Assembly (NCBI GenBank): GCA_016183235.1
Contig: JACPFA010000016.1
Span: 2,834-66,833, forward strand
DNA from: Deltaproteobacteria bacterium
Lineage (GTDB): Bacteria; UBA10199; DSSB01; JACPFA01
Direction of reading: 5' to 3'
Length of the DNA stretch: 64,000 bases
The notes below the pieces were generated by a model. The model saw only the letters and a program-made list of their open reading frames with translations. It made no database searches and was not told where the DNA came from. Positions 8,658-18,000 of this stretch are shown here, in pieces (the stretch's first letter is position 1; the number at the start of each line of letters is the position of its first letter). Position numbers and translations under genes: made by a program.

Positions 8658-9302
8658 TTAAAAATGCACACCTATGGCTCCCATCAGCGACAACTGATAA
8701 TCAAAGCCACCTCTAATAATCAGGGTGTCCACTCCAGCTACATCTTCACGTTCTTCCTGTAAGAAAAGTAGATCGTTGGCAAAATCTAAAGCAATAAATA
8801 GGGCACGATAATTAAGCTCGACCCCTCCACCCAAGCTCACCCCGCCACCAAAGGCCCCCACTTTGTCATCATCGACTGGCGCATTGACAAACAAACCATG
8901 AGCAACCCCACCCACTTTTACATAGGGATAAATTTTTACGTTTTTATCTTTTTCGGCTTGGCTAGTTAAAAAACTAACTTTGGCGTTGAGGCGAATATTT
9001 AAGGCATGCTCGCGCCCTTGCCCGCCCGAGGTCTGACCTGTGCTGGTGGAATAAGCAATTTGAAGCTCGGGGGCTATCCAATTGGTAATGTTATAGCCCA
9101 GCCCTAAGCCAAAACCAGACTCAAGATCACCGCCAAAGCGTATACCATTGTCTACATTGGTGTCGTGATCGAGCAACATCATACCACCCATTCCATAGAA
9201 GAAAAACCCTGTGTGATTGGTGCGCACGTCAAAGGCTTGCACGGGTTTTATTAAAAATAGAACCCCCACTACAAAAGAAATGATAATGAATGTTTTCTTC
9301 AT
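8658..9302 (-). CDS. outer-membrane beta-barrel protein (OmpW/OmpA-like porin-family fold)
   Basis: Signal peptide ...LIKPVQA. Gly/aromatic alternating strands. C-terminal ...GAIGVHF with terminal Phe. Confidence 0.75.
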   Translation of the reverse strand: MKKTFIIISFVVGVLFLIKPVQAFDVRTNHTGFFFYGMGGMMLLDHDTNVDNGIRFGGDLESGFGLGLGYNITNWIAPELQIAYSTSTGQTSGGQGREHALNIRLNAKVSFLTSQAEKDKNVKIYPYVKVGGVAHGLFVNAPVDDDKVGAFGGGVSLGGGVELNYRALFIALDFANDLLFLQEEREDVAGVDTLIIRGGFDYQLSLMGAIGVHF

Positions 9303-9362
9303 TTGGGGTGCTATGCTAAGGATTTTTCACCAGATCGTCAACTGAAGAGTACTAAAAACACT

Positions 9363-9398
9363 GAGATTGCTTCGGGCCTCATGGGCCCTCGCAATGAC
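9363..9398. repeat. REP unit (gagattgc...cgcaatgac type), upstream flank of the RAYT gene
   Basis: gagattgcttcgggcctcatgggccctcgcaatgac, an imperfect hairpin (ATTGC..GGGCC/GGCCC..GCAAT). Confidence 0.85.
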
Positions 9399-9441
9399 AG
9401 ATTCAAAATCCTATATTGACTCGATGCGGCACTTTCAGTAG

Positions 9442-9942
9442 ATGTTAACTATGCCTCGACCTAAACGAATTTTAATTCCGAATGCTTATTATTATATCTC
9501 TAATGAGAGCAAGGGGAAGAGATCTGCCTTTAGCTCTGCTACCGACAAAAAATATTTTACCGACCTCCTTCATGAGATCGCCAAAGAGTTCAAACTAAAA
9601 GTTTTAGAATATAGTTTGACCCGCCAGGGCTATCATTTGTTGATCCAGATGCACGGGAAAAACCTTCCCCTGGCTTTGCGTTCGCTTAATGGTATCTATA
9701 CCCAAGATTACAATCGAAAGTACCAAAAGAAAGGGTCTTTGTTCAAAGGGCGTTACAAATCGGTGCTTATGAGTGAGAGGCCCTATGTTACACAGATTGC
9801 AAATTATATCCGTAGTTTTGCCAAAAAATCTTTGCTTTCCAAGGTGAGTGAAGACGTTTTGCAAAGGCTCAACCCTAAAAAATGGCCTAGTGTTTTGGGG
9901 AGTGAAAAGTTTTTGAAGAAGATGAAGAAGAAGACGAGATAA
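9442..9942 (+). CDS. REP-associated tyrosine transposase (RAYT, IS200-like Y1 family), probably degenerate
   Basis: By-eye alignment to the COG1943/RAYT pattern: PRPKRI..., LNGIYTQDYNRKYQKKGSLFKGRYKS, ANYI (Tyr kept). The HUH position reads G-Y-H instead of H-x-H, and the usual NPVRA tail is missing. The start may be the ATG at 9451. Confidence 0.75.
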   Translation: MLTMPRPKRILIPNAYYYISNESKGKRSAFSSATDKKYFTDLLHEIAKEFKLKVLEYSLTRQGYHLLIQMHGKNLPLALRSLNGIYTQDYNRKYQKKGSLFKGRYKSVLMSERPYVTQIANYIRSFAKKSLLSKVSEDVLQRLNPKKWPSVLGSEKFLKKMKKKTR

Positions 9943-9949
9943 AGTGGAA

Positions 9950-9989
9950 GAGATTGCCACGCTCGCCAATGGGGCTCGCTCGCAATGAC
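9950..9989. repeat. REP unit, downstream flank of the RAYT gene
   Basis: gagattgccacgctcgccaatggggctcgctcgcaatgac, in the same orientation as the unit at 9363. Confidence 0.85.
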
Positions 9990-9996
9990 ATGTTTT

Positions 9997-12546
9997 TTAC
10001 AAAAACACTTTGTCGTAAATGCTGCGAACCTTTTCCCGATACATCAAACATTGTTGCCAAAGATCATCTCCACTCTTAAACTCAAGTTGCTGGCTAAGTT
10101 TATTTAAAAAATCATCCCCCTTCACGATACGGTTGATCTTTCGTTTGGTAAGCAAGTAAAGTTTCGATTCCAAGGTGCGATAAAAAGTATAAGCCTCTTT
10201 TAAAAATACGTTAGCTTCGTCTTCACCTAAAATCCCCAATTGAATAAGCGCATCTAACCCTACAAAAGTGTTTACTTCTCGAAGGGTGGGGTATTGTGCC
10301 CCCTGAGTCATTTGTAAATATTGCAAGATAAATTCAATATCCATCAGCGCGCCCCGGCCTTTTTTAAAATCAAAGGCCAAATCGGTTTCTTGCCCCAATT
10401 CTTTTTCCACACGCATCCGTAAATGGTGCATTTCAAGACCGATTGAAGCGGGAAAACTCGTAGAATAAAGCAGGGCATGCAAATGGCTTTGGATCACCGA
10501 GGCCAAATGGGCATTCCCAGCAATCGGACGCGCCTTTAACAAACTTTGCCGCTCCCAAGTTCGAGCGGATGATTTTTGGTATTCCATAAAGGCTTCTAAG
10601 GTGGTTACCAGCGGACCTTGATTGCCAGAGGGTCTTAACTCCGTATCAATGCTATAACCAATCCCTGCCGGAGTGAGCATGGTAAGGATAAAAATAAATT
10701 TTTGGGTCAGGCGGGCAAAAAATTCACTATTGCTTATTTTCTGTTTGCCATCGGTAGTGCCAGGTTCTGAATAAATGAAGATAACATCTAAATCGCTGCC
10801 ATAGTTGATTTCCATCCCGCCTAGTTTACCCATCCCCAACACCACCAACTGGGACTGGCCTAACAATTTGCCCCCTCGCACATAGGTGGGTTTGCCAAAT
10901 CGATTTTCAATTTCTAATGTGGCAAGATTGAGGGCCTGTTGACAAATTAATTCAGCCACTCGACTCAAGCGCAACAAAATTCTTCGCCTCGAACTGAATA
11001 CATTTTTCTCTACTTTTTGGATTTCTGCCTCTTGTTCTTTTTTGAAAAACCGCAAAAGGTTAATTTTTTCTTCTAAGTTTGAAGCGCCATGAAGTCTAAG
11101 GCCTAAGGCCTCTCGCATGGCAAAAAGTTCTTCTGGATCTTCTTCACTATACAAAGTCTTGGTTTGAAGGGTCCATTCTTCAGCAGCAAAAAGTTTATTA
11201 AAGACAGATTGCACGCCCGTCGTCACTTGCTGCAAATCGGCTGAGAAGGTTTTTAAAATAAGTTCATCTTCGCCCGTGTAACCCATACGCTTGGCAACTT
11301 GAATTTGTTCTTCCGACTCATCAGAAAGCAAATGGGTTTGCAACTCTTCAACTATTTGTAAACGATGTTCAAGTTGGCGTAAAAAAAGATAACTTTTGCG
11401 CAAAATTTCGGCATCGGATTTACTCATGAGCCTGGCGTGCTCTAAGCGAGTAATCGATTCTAGGGTGTTAGTGTGGCGCAAAGTGGGTTCTCGCCCGCCA
11501 AAGATGATCTGGAGCGATTGCACAAAAAATTCTATTTCTCGAATACCCCCAATGCCTAACTTAACATGAAAACCGGGGCGATTTTTCTTGGTAAGCTCTT
11601 CATGAACTTTTTGTTTCATGCGCACCATGGAAGCCAAACCCTCGATGGCGTAATAACGAGGGTAGACAAAAGGGCTAACCCGACGAATAAATTCTTCGCC
11701 TAAGGGGATAGAACCCGCACCTGGCCTTGCTTTGCTCAAGGCCTGCCGCTCCCAATCGGCCCCAAAAACTTCGTAATAATTTTCTAAAGCCGATAGCGAA
11801 TTAACCAAAGTGCCAGATCGACCTTCAGGGCGTAACTCTAAATCGACTCGATAAAGAAACCCTTCGGCAGTCATTTCTTCCATAAAACCTTTTAGCGCTT
11901 GGACATGTTTGACAAAAAATTCGTGCAGGCTCAAACCTTGGGTAGTGGCGCCAGCATCGGTTTCGGTGATGACCAGCAAATCAATGTCGGATGAATAGTT
12001 AAGTTCTCGCCCCCCTAATTTGCCCAACATTAATAAATGATAGGCACAAACACCACCTTCGGCGCGCAAGGGCTTGCCCCATTTGCTTTCACTCCATAAA
12101 AAAGTTTGGGCGTCAACGGCTTGAAGCAAGGTAGAAGCTAAGTCGGAAAGTTCGGTTAAAATGGTTGCTGGCTCGATTCCAGAAAGATCTTTTATCGTAA
12201 TGCGGGTGAGTTCTTGATATTTATAAACGCGTATGGCCTGCAGCCAATCGGCGAATGAACTGCATGGGATAACTTGAATCTCGCGCTGATAAACATCGGC
12301 TTCTTTAAGCTGATGCAAAAAAGGGGAATTTAAAATGCCATTAATAACTTCGGGATGGCGGAATAAAAAGCGTGGTAAAAATCGGCTATTGCCAAAAATT
12401 TTTAGGAAGCCGGTTGGAGCTTTGGGAGAGCAAATAAATTCGCGGCCCAATTGGCGCTGATAGCTTTCTAAAAATTGTGTAAAATCGTGCTGGGCAATAG
12501 CAGGTTGGGCAGACTTAGAAAAAATTTGTTCGGGTAAAAAATTCAT
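9997..12546 (-). CDS. glnE: glutamine synthetase adenylyltransferase/adenylyl-removing enzyme
   Basis: Two nucleotidyltransferase modules (GKLGGRELNYSSDIDLL and GMGKLGGMEINYGSDLDVIF), plus LRPSGNQGPL and WERQSLLKARP. I place the start at the ATG at 12546 (MNFLPEQ...), because the upstream 30 codons of the listed ORF are REP-derived. Confidence 0.9.
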   Translation of the reverse strand: MNFLPEQIFSKSAQPAIAQHDFTQFLESYQRQLGREFICSPKAPTGFLKIFGNSRFLPRFLFRHPEVINGILNSPFLHQLKEADVYQREIQVIPCSSFADWLQAIRVYKYQELTRITIKDLSGIEPATILTELSDLASTLLQAVDAQTFLWSESKWGKPLRAEGGVCAYHLLMLGKLGGRELNYSSDIDLLVITETDAGATTQGLSLHEFFVKHVQALKGFMEEMTAEGFLYRVDLELRPEGRSGTLVNSLSALENYYEVFGADWERQALSKARPGAGSIPLGEEFIRRVSPFVYPRYYAIEGLASMVRMKQKVHEELTKKNRPGFHVKLGIGGIREIEFFVQSLQIIFGGREPTLRHTNTLESITRLEHARLMSKSDAEILRKSYLFLRQLEHRLQIVEELQTHLLSDESEEQIQVAKRMGYTGEDELILKTFSADLQQVTTGVQSVFNKLFAAEEWTLQTKTLYSEEDPEELFAMREALGLRLHGASNLEEKINLLRFFKKEQEAEIQKVEKNVFSSRRRILLRLSRVAELICQQALNLATLEIENRFGKPTYVRGGKLLGQSQLVVLGMGKLGGMEINYGSDLDVIFIYSEPGTTDGKQKISNSEFFARLTQKFIFILTMLTPAGIGYSIDTELRPSGNQGPLVTTLEAFMEYQKSSARTWERQSLLKARPIAGNAHLASVIQSHLHALLYSTSFPASIGLEMHHLRMRVEKELGQETDLAFDFKKGRGALMDIEFILQYLQMTQGAQYPTLREVNTFVGLDALIQLGILGEDEANVFLKEAYTFYRTLESKLYLLTKRKINRIVKGDDFLNKLSQQLEFKSGDDLWQQCLMYREKVRSIYDKVFL

Positions 12547-12552
12547 AATATA

Positions 12553-12688
12553 GAAGATCGCTTCGCTATCATGGATCCCTGCCTTCGCAGGGATGACATT
12601 GTCCAGAATGAATGGATGCCGGATCAAGTCCGGCACGACGGTATTGCGTCATCCCGGGCAAGCCTGCCCCGGACTTGATCCGGGGACC
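12553..12688. repeat. composite REP cluster (GGATCCCTGCCTTCGCAGGGATGAC unit plus CCGGATCAAGTCCGG/CCGGACTTGATCCGG inverted pair plus GTCATCCCGGG...CCCGGGATCC unit)
   Basis: Read directly from the sequence. It fills the whole glnE-aat intergenic gap. Confidence 0.85.
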
Positions 12689-12715
12689 CGGGATCCATAT
12701 ATGACATTCTATAAC

Positions 12716-13348
12716 TTAAAGTGATGTTTGTAATTTTTTCATAAACATAGTTCGAGAGATTTCTTTGGCACCAAAACTTTTTAATAAAGGTGACAAGGTC
12801 TGCACGTCTAGCCAAGTATGCCCTAAAAGCTTTAAGTATTCCACCGTTCGCACTAAAACAAATTTAGAGGCATTGGGTTTTAGATAAAACATGCTCTCGC
12901 CTGCGAAATAATTTTTTAGCTTCACTCCATACATTCCCCCCACCAACTGATCCCCTGCATAAGCTTCAAAACTATGGGCATAGCCTGCCCGGTGAAAACG
13001 TTGGTAAGCCTTCGCCATTTCAGGGGTAATCCAGGTGTCTGATTGATTTTTGCGATTGCGACTTGATCGGCAGGCTTCGATAACTCCGTGAAAATTTTGA
13101 TCGACTGCAAAGGTAAAGGGGCAATTTTTTAAAAATCGCACTAAACGTTTAGGAATTTTAAATTCTGAAAATTCTAAAATCCCTCGCTGAGGGGGAGCAA
13201 ACCATAACAGGGGTTCACCCGAGACAGGCCAAGGAAAGATACCATTGGAATAGGCAACTTTTAGGGTTTCGACTTCTAAATCACCACCCATGGCAAGCAA
13301 GCCGCTTGCGTCGGCCAGATCAACACTGGGGAAATAAGCCACGACCAT
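12716..13348 (-). CDS. aat: leucyl/phenylalanyl-tRNA--protein transferase
   Basis: Motifs GIFPWP, LLWFAPPQRGIL, HGVIEACR, TWITPEM..AY..H..GYAHSFE, LVGG.YG, GESMF. The start is set at the ATG at 13348, because the listed start at 13414 lies inside a REP arm. Confidence 0.85.
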   Translation of the reverse strand: MVVAYFPSVDLADASGLLAMGGDLEVETLKVAYSNGIFPWPVSGEPLLWFAPPQRGILEFSEFKIPKRLVRFLKNCPFTFAVDQNFHGVIEACRSSRNRKNQSDTWITPEMAKAYQRFHRAGYAHSFEAYAGDQLVGGMYGVKLKNYFAGESMFYLKPNASKFVLVRTVEYLKLLGHTWLDVQTLSPLLKSFGAKEISRTMFMKKLQTSL

Positions 13349-13409
13349 GAATATGATGATACAATGAAAAGAGGGAATAAAAAAGCCCGGCGAAAAAACT
13401 GGCTTTCTT

Positions 13410-13488
13410 GTCATTGCGAGCCCAACGGGCGAAGCAATCTCCTATATTTAACCGATGAGATTGCTTCGCCCGTTGGGCTCGCAATGAC
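13410..13488. repeat. REP doublet: perfect 32-nt inverted arms
   Basis: gtcattgcgagcccaacgggcgaagcaatctc, a 15-nt loop, then gagattgcttcgcccgttgggctcgcaatgac. An extra partial gcgcaatgac lies at ~13509-13518. Confidence 0.95.
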
Positions 13489-13519
13489 AGAGGGGTCCCT
13501 CTAGAACGCGCAATGACAA

Positions 13520-14929
13520 TTAAATGTCGTAGTAAAGTGAGAATTCGTACGGTACGGGGCGTAGTTTCACGGGGTTGATTTCGTTTTCGATCTTGTAGTC
13601 GATCCAGTTGTGGATGACATCGGCCGAAAAGACATCGCCCGCCAGTAAGAATTCGTGATCTTTACGTAACGCTTCTAGGGATTCTTCTAAAGAACCGGGA
13701 GTATGAGGCACACCGGCTAATTCTTCAGGAGACAAAGCATAAATATTTTTATCAAGGGGTGCGCCGGGGTTGATCTTATTCTTAATCCCATCGATGCCCG
13801 CTAGCGTGAGGGCTGCAAAGGCCAAATAAGGATTACAAGAAGGATCAGGGAAGCGCGCCTCTAGCCGTTTGGCCTTAGGAGAGCTGACCACCGGGAGCCG
13901 AATGGCCGCCGAACGATTGCGGCTGGAATAAGCCAAATTCACCGGGGCTTCGTAACCTGGCACCAAGCGACGATAAGAATTGGTGGTGGGGTTGGTAATG
14001 GCGCAAAGGGCCTTGGCATGTTTTAACAAACCACCGATATACCAAAGTGCCATTTCAGAAAAACCGGCATATTTATCGCCCGCAAACAACGGCTGCCCAC
14101 CCTTCCAAATGGATTGATGGCAATGCATACCACTACCATTGTCACCATAAAGTGGCTTGGGCATGAACGTGGCGGTTTTGTTATTGCGCCGAGCGACATT
14201 CTTAATGATGTATTTGAACCACAAAAGTTTGTCGGCCATCTTGGTGAGTGAATCAAAGCGCATATCAATTTCGCATTGACCCGCGGTGGCCACTTCATGA
14301 TGTTGGGCTTCGATACGAATCCCCACCTTTTCCATTTCTAACATCATTTCAGTTCGAATATCTTGCAGACTATCGGTAGGTGGAACCGGGAAATAGCCCT
14401 CTTTAAAACGAGGCTTATAACCTAAATTTGGACCCTCATCTTTGCCTGAATTCCAACGACCTTCTTTGGAGTCGATGTAATAAAAACCATGCTGGGTGGT
14501 TTGATCAAAGCGAATATCATCAAAAATAAAGAATTCGGCTTCGGGACCAATATAAATGGTATCGCCAATCCCCGTGGACTTTACATAATTTTCGGCTTTT
14601 TGGGCAATGTAGCGTGGATCGCGAGAATAACGTTCTTTGGTGATGGGATCATAAATGTCGCCAATGACCGATAACGTAGGCACTTGCATGAAAGGATCAA
14701 TGACCGCAGTAGAAGCATCGGGGATAACAACCATGTCGGATTCGTTGATGGCCTTCCACCCACGGATAGAGGAACCATCAAAACCCAAGCCGTCTTCAAA
14801 GAGACCTTCGCTCAATTCGCTGACGGGAATGGAAAAATGTTGCCAAACCCCGGGGAAATCGATGAATTTAATATCAACTACTTTGGCCTTGGCTTCTTTA
14901 GCTAAGGCAACGGCTGCTTTTGCGTCCAT
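13520..14929 (-). CDS. glnA: glutamine synthetase type I
   Basis: Motifs [36 protein letters not shown]. The adenylylation-site Tyr context is conserved ([11 protein letters not shown]). RBS gaaggag. Confidence 0.95.
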   Translation of the reverse strand: MDAKAAVALAKEAKAKVVDIKFIDFPGVWQHFSIPVSELSEGLFEDGLGFDGSSIRGWKAINESDMVVIPDASTAVIDPFMQVPTLSVIGDIYDPITKERYSRDPRYIAQKAENYVKSTGIGDTIYIGPEAEFFIFDDIRFDQTTQHGFYYIDSKEGRWNSGKDEGPNLGYKPRFKEGYFPVPPTDSLQDIRTEMMLEMEKVGIRIEAQHHEVATAGQCEIDMRFDSLTKMADKLLWFKYIIKNVARRNNKTATFMPKPLYGDNGSGMHCHQSIWKGGQPLFAGDKYAGFSEMALWYIGGLLKHAKALCAITNPTTNSYRRLVPGYEAPVNLAYSSRNRSAAIRLPVVSSPKAKRLEARFPDPSCNPYLAFAALTLAGIDGIKNKINPGAPLDKNIYALSPEELAGVPHTPGSLEESLEALRKDHEFLLAGDVFSADVIHNWIDYKIENEINPVKLRPVPYEFSLYYDI

Positions 14930-14957
14930 AAGAGAACTCCTTCATAGAAAAATATTA

Positions 14958-14987
14958 TGGATCCCGGGGGTCTAAGCCCGGGATGAC
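14958..14987. repeat. REP unit (ATGGATCCCGGG...CCCGGGATGAC)
   Basis: atggatcccgggggtctaagcccgggatgac, between the glnA start and the 3' end of the 1500-aa gene. Confidence 0.8.
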
Positions 14988-15078
14988 GGTGTCGCAACTT
15001 CGTTAATCCAGGTGCAAGATTATTGTCTAGAACAAATTCCCTTTGTGATGATTTTTTTTTGGGTAGTTAGCCTAATAT

Positions 15079-18000
15079 TTAGGCAGATGCAGAGATTTTG
15101 GGCAAGAAGATTCGGCCTAGCAACAGGAATAAGAGGAACAACGCCCACCCGCCCCAAGGCAAGCCATGGAATGCCGTTGGTTGCAATTGACAGCCGCTGC
15201 CGGCAAAACCATTGGTATCACCACCCTCGCCGCTGGGGCTAGGGTCTGAAGGAGAAGCGGTTTCGTTGAGCGAAAAATAGACCACCTCCCCGGTAGAGGT
15301 CATGGTGTAAATCTCTTGGGCTCCATCAGTATTTTGGTCCATGAGTAAAAAGTCGCTACCTATTTGCGCTTGTTCGGTTTCTCCTACTAATTGTTTAGCA
15401 TTAGAAATATCCGCAGCAAAAGAACTAGAACCATAGAAAACGTAAATAACCCCCACATCATCTTGTTCACAAGGTGCGCCCACCATTAAATCATCAAAAC
15501 CATCGCCGGTAACGTCCCCCATCGCAAGTGCTTGGCCAAAACAGGCGCTTGATTCATGGTCAAAAACGAAACTCGCGTTGGCTGCGGTAAAATTGTAATC
15601 GGCCGTTAATGGGCCTAAAAATCCATACACCCAACCGTTGTTTAAGCTTAAGACCAAATCTATTTTGCCATCGCCGTTCAGATCGCCTTGCGCCAGGGCC
15701 TGAACTTGCCCACCCAAATTAATGGTGTGTTCAATCTCTTCACTAGAAAAGCGCTCGCCCATGACCCAAGCGCGCCCGGCTTCGAGCAAGGGCACGGTTT
15801 CAACCGAGGTAAATGGGTCAGCACTTGATACAAACGTCAGCTGTGGATTCATGGCCAGGTTGTCGGGCCCCAATAATAATTGGGGGGGCTCACCCGGCAC
15901 TAAAGAAACCAAGAATAAAGAATAAATAGGATAGGCTTCACTACCTTCGATGAGACCAATCAATTGGGCGTGGTTATTATAAATGTAGGCGAAACCATGC
16001 TCGCCCGCCCCGGGGGCAGTCATGAGAAATTCGGAAATCCCGTCGCCATCAACATCGCCCGAGATTAAGTATTTGCCAAGCTCATCGGTGGGATTAAGGG
16101 CGCGGATTTGATGAAAACCGATGGACTCATTCGCTAGGCTAAGGCTCGAAGGGGTTTGTAAATTTTCTTCTTTGGCAACGTGGCTGCTCACCGGCTCGCG
16201 CAAGGTCAAATTACCTTTTAACTCAGTCCACGGCACACTTGATAAATACACGGTGTTGGCACAAGGATCCACAATGGCCAGATAATCTTGCTGGCTCACT
16301 TCGACATTATAATCTTGGCATTCCACCGCAATGCTGACCTCGCCAACTTTTAATTGAGTAACTTTAGTACCATCGTCTGCGGTGGTGTGACTTATATAAA
16401 TGGGCGTGCCGTGTGCATTGGAGACAAAGGGATTTTCCAAAAAACCTTGTTTGGGATTGGCCAACATCACGGTGATCTCGGTAGAAGCCGCAGCCGTGTT
16501 GCCTTGGGAATCGGTTACCAGCAAGGTGAGGGTATCTTTACAAAATTCTTGGCCTGCCGCAAAAACAGCAGAAGTCGCCGGCGTATCGGGTGTTAAGGTA
16601 CCACAACCACCCCGTTTAACAACCCACTGGTAATTAAAAGGCGCCACCCCAGAAACCTCGGCTCTTAGTTTAACCGTCTTACCTGCATCGAGGGTGATCT
16701 GCTTAGGCAAGGTAACACGTGGTTTGGGGGTTTCATCGTTATCCACCAAGGTAACCCGATAGTTGGTTTGTGAACCTAGGCTGGCTTGAAGCGGATTTTC
16801 TAAAGTCAAAAGAATAGTTTCGTCGGGCTCATCCACGGCATCGTCGATAATATTGATCAAAAAAGTACCCTTCGTTTCGCCCGCTAGGATGGTTACGGTA
16901 TCAGACAAGACCGAATAATCTATGCCCGCACCTTGTGCTGTCCCTGACACTGTAACCGAAACGGTTACAGGTAAGGCCGAAGGGTTGTTCAACTCCACGG
17001 GAATGTTCAATGTAGCCGAGCCTTCCCAATGCGATTGACTGGCCTTGGAAAAATAAACTTGCGGAGGCCGATCATCATTTTGCAAAGTCGCTACACCGAG
17101 GTCGTCAACGATGTTTGCGTCTTGGGTGGCAGTGGTTAAGCGCAAACCAAATGCTTCATCGGGTTCATAGAGCGTGTCCCCTTTTATCGTAACCGTGAGG
17201 CTTGCTTGAGTGCTCCCTGCCGCAATTTCCACAACGGCGGCAGTCTCTTCATAATCAATCCCCGCCTGTGCAGTACCCGCTTCGGTTTGATAGCCGATGC
17301 TGATGGGCAGCGGATAAACGTGGGAAAGGGTTATGGTAAATTGGGCGGTGGTGGAATTGGAATCGCCTTCGTTAAGGGTGACATCATCAATACTCACTTC
17401 CGGCGGAGCCACCCATTCTACGGCCCCCCTATCCACGCCTTCCCCTTGCGGGCGCTCGGTACCATAAATATCGTAAGTGGGCGCGTTTGAATCATCCCCT
17501 TGGTCAACAATGGTTATAGATCGAGGGGTCAGGTCTAAAATTTGATAGGTGTTGCCAACCACCGCAAAGCTGGTGAGACTATTATCACTTAAAACGTTGA
17601 GTTTATTAACCGTGTTACCACGAATAAAAAAGTAATGGGGTTTGGCATCACCGGTATCGGCGATCAAAAAGAAACCCTTCCATTGATCAGGGGTCCAGGT
17701 TTGAGTAGCATCGGTTAAGGTTGTGGCGCTAATCTCGGTGGATATTCGGCTAGCCAGCACCTTAAACTGAGGATTGTCGTTGGTTCCGTTACTTGCCACC
17801 GTAAGATTGTTGAGCTGCCTGCCTCGGTAAAAAGCATAGCTTATACTATTCAACACCGTGTTGTTACGAATGAGGTTGGTGGTGTTTTGGCTCCCATAAA
17901 TTCCAATGCGGCTGTTGAGAATAATATTGTTTTGCAAAAGCCCTTGCGTAGAATTGCCTGAATAAATACCATAAAAGCTTGTGGCATCGTCGTCGGCTAA

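Noticed and set aside
12547-12636. 30-codon N-terminal extension of glnE (MPDLIRHPFILDNVIPAKAGIHDSEAIFYI)
   Set aside because: It is encoded by REP elements; the VIPAKAGIH peptide is the translated GGATCCCTGCCTTCGCAGGGATGAC unit. A good internal ATG at 12546 begins the conserved protein. The same reasoning applies to aat (13349-13414) and murU (59856-59921).
12624-12815. Listed 63-aa minus-strand ORF
   Set aside because: It spans the REP composite and overlaps the aat 3' end, so it is a repeat artefact.
8584-14987. Possibility that the clustered repeats form a CRISPR array
   Set aside because: The units are palindromic hairpins of several subtypes, in both orientations. They are separated by whole genes rather than uniform 30-40-bp spacers, and no cas genes are present.
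14988-15030. Sigma-54/NtrC control elements upstream of glnA
   Set aside because: Only a TGCACC half-site and a TGG...TTGC pair with wrong spacing (GG to GC two bases too far apart) are present. This is not convincing.
15012-15242. Listed 76-aa plus-strand ORF
   Set aside because: It is antisense to the C-terminal sorting-signal region of the 1500-aa gene and has no RBS, so it is likely spurious.
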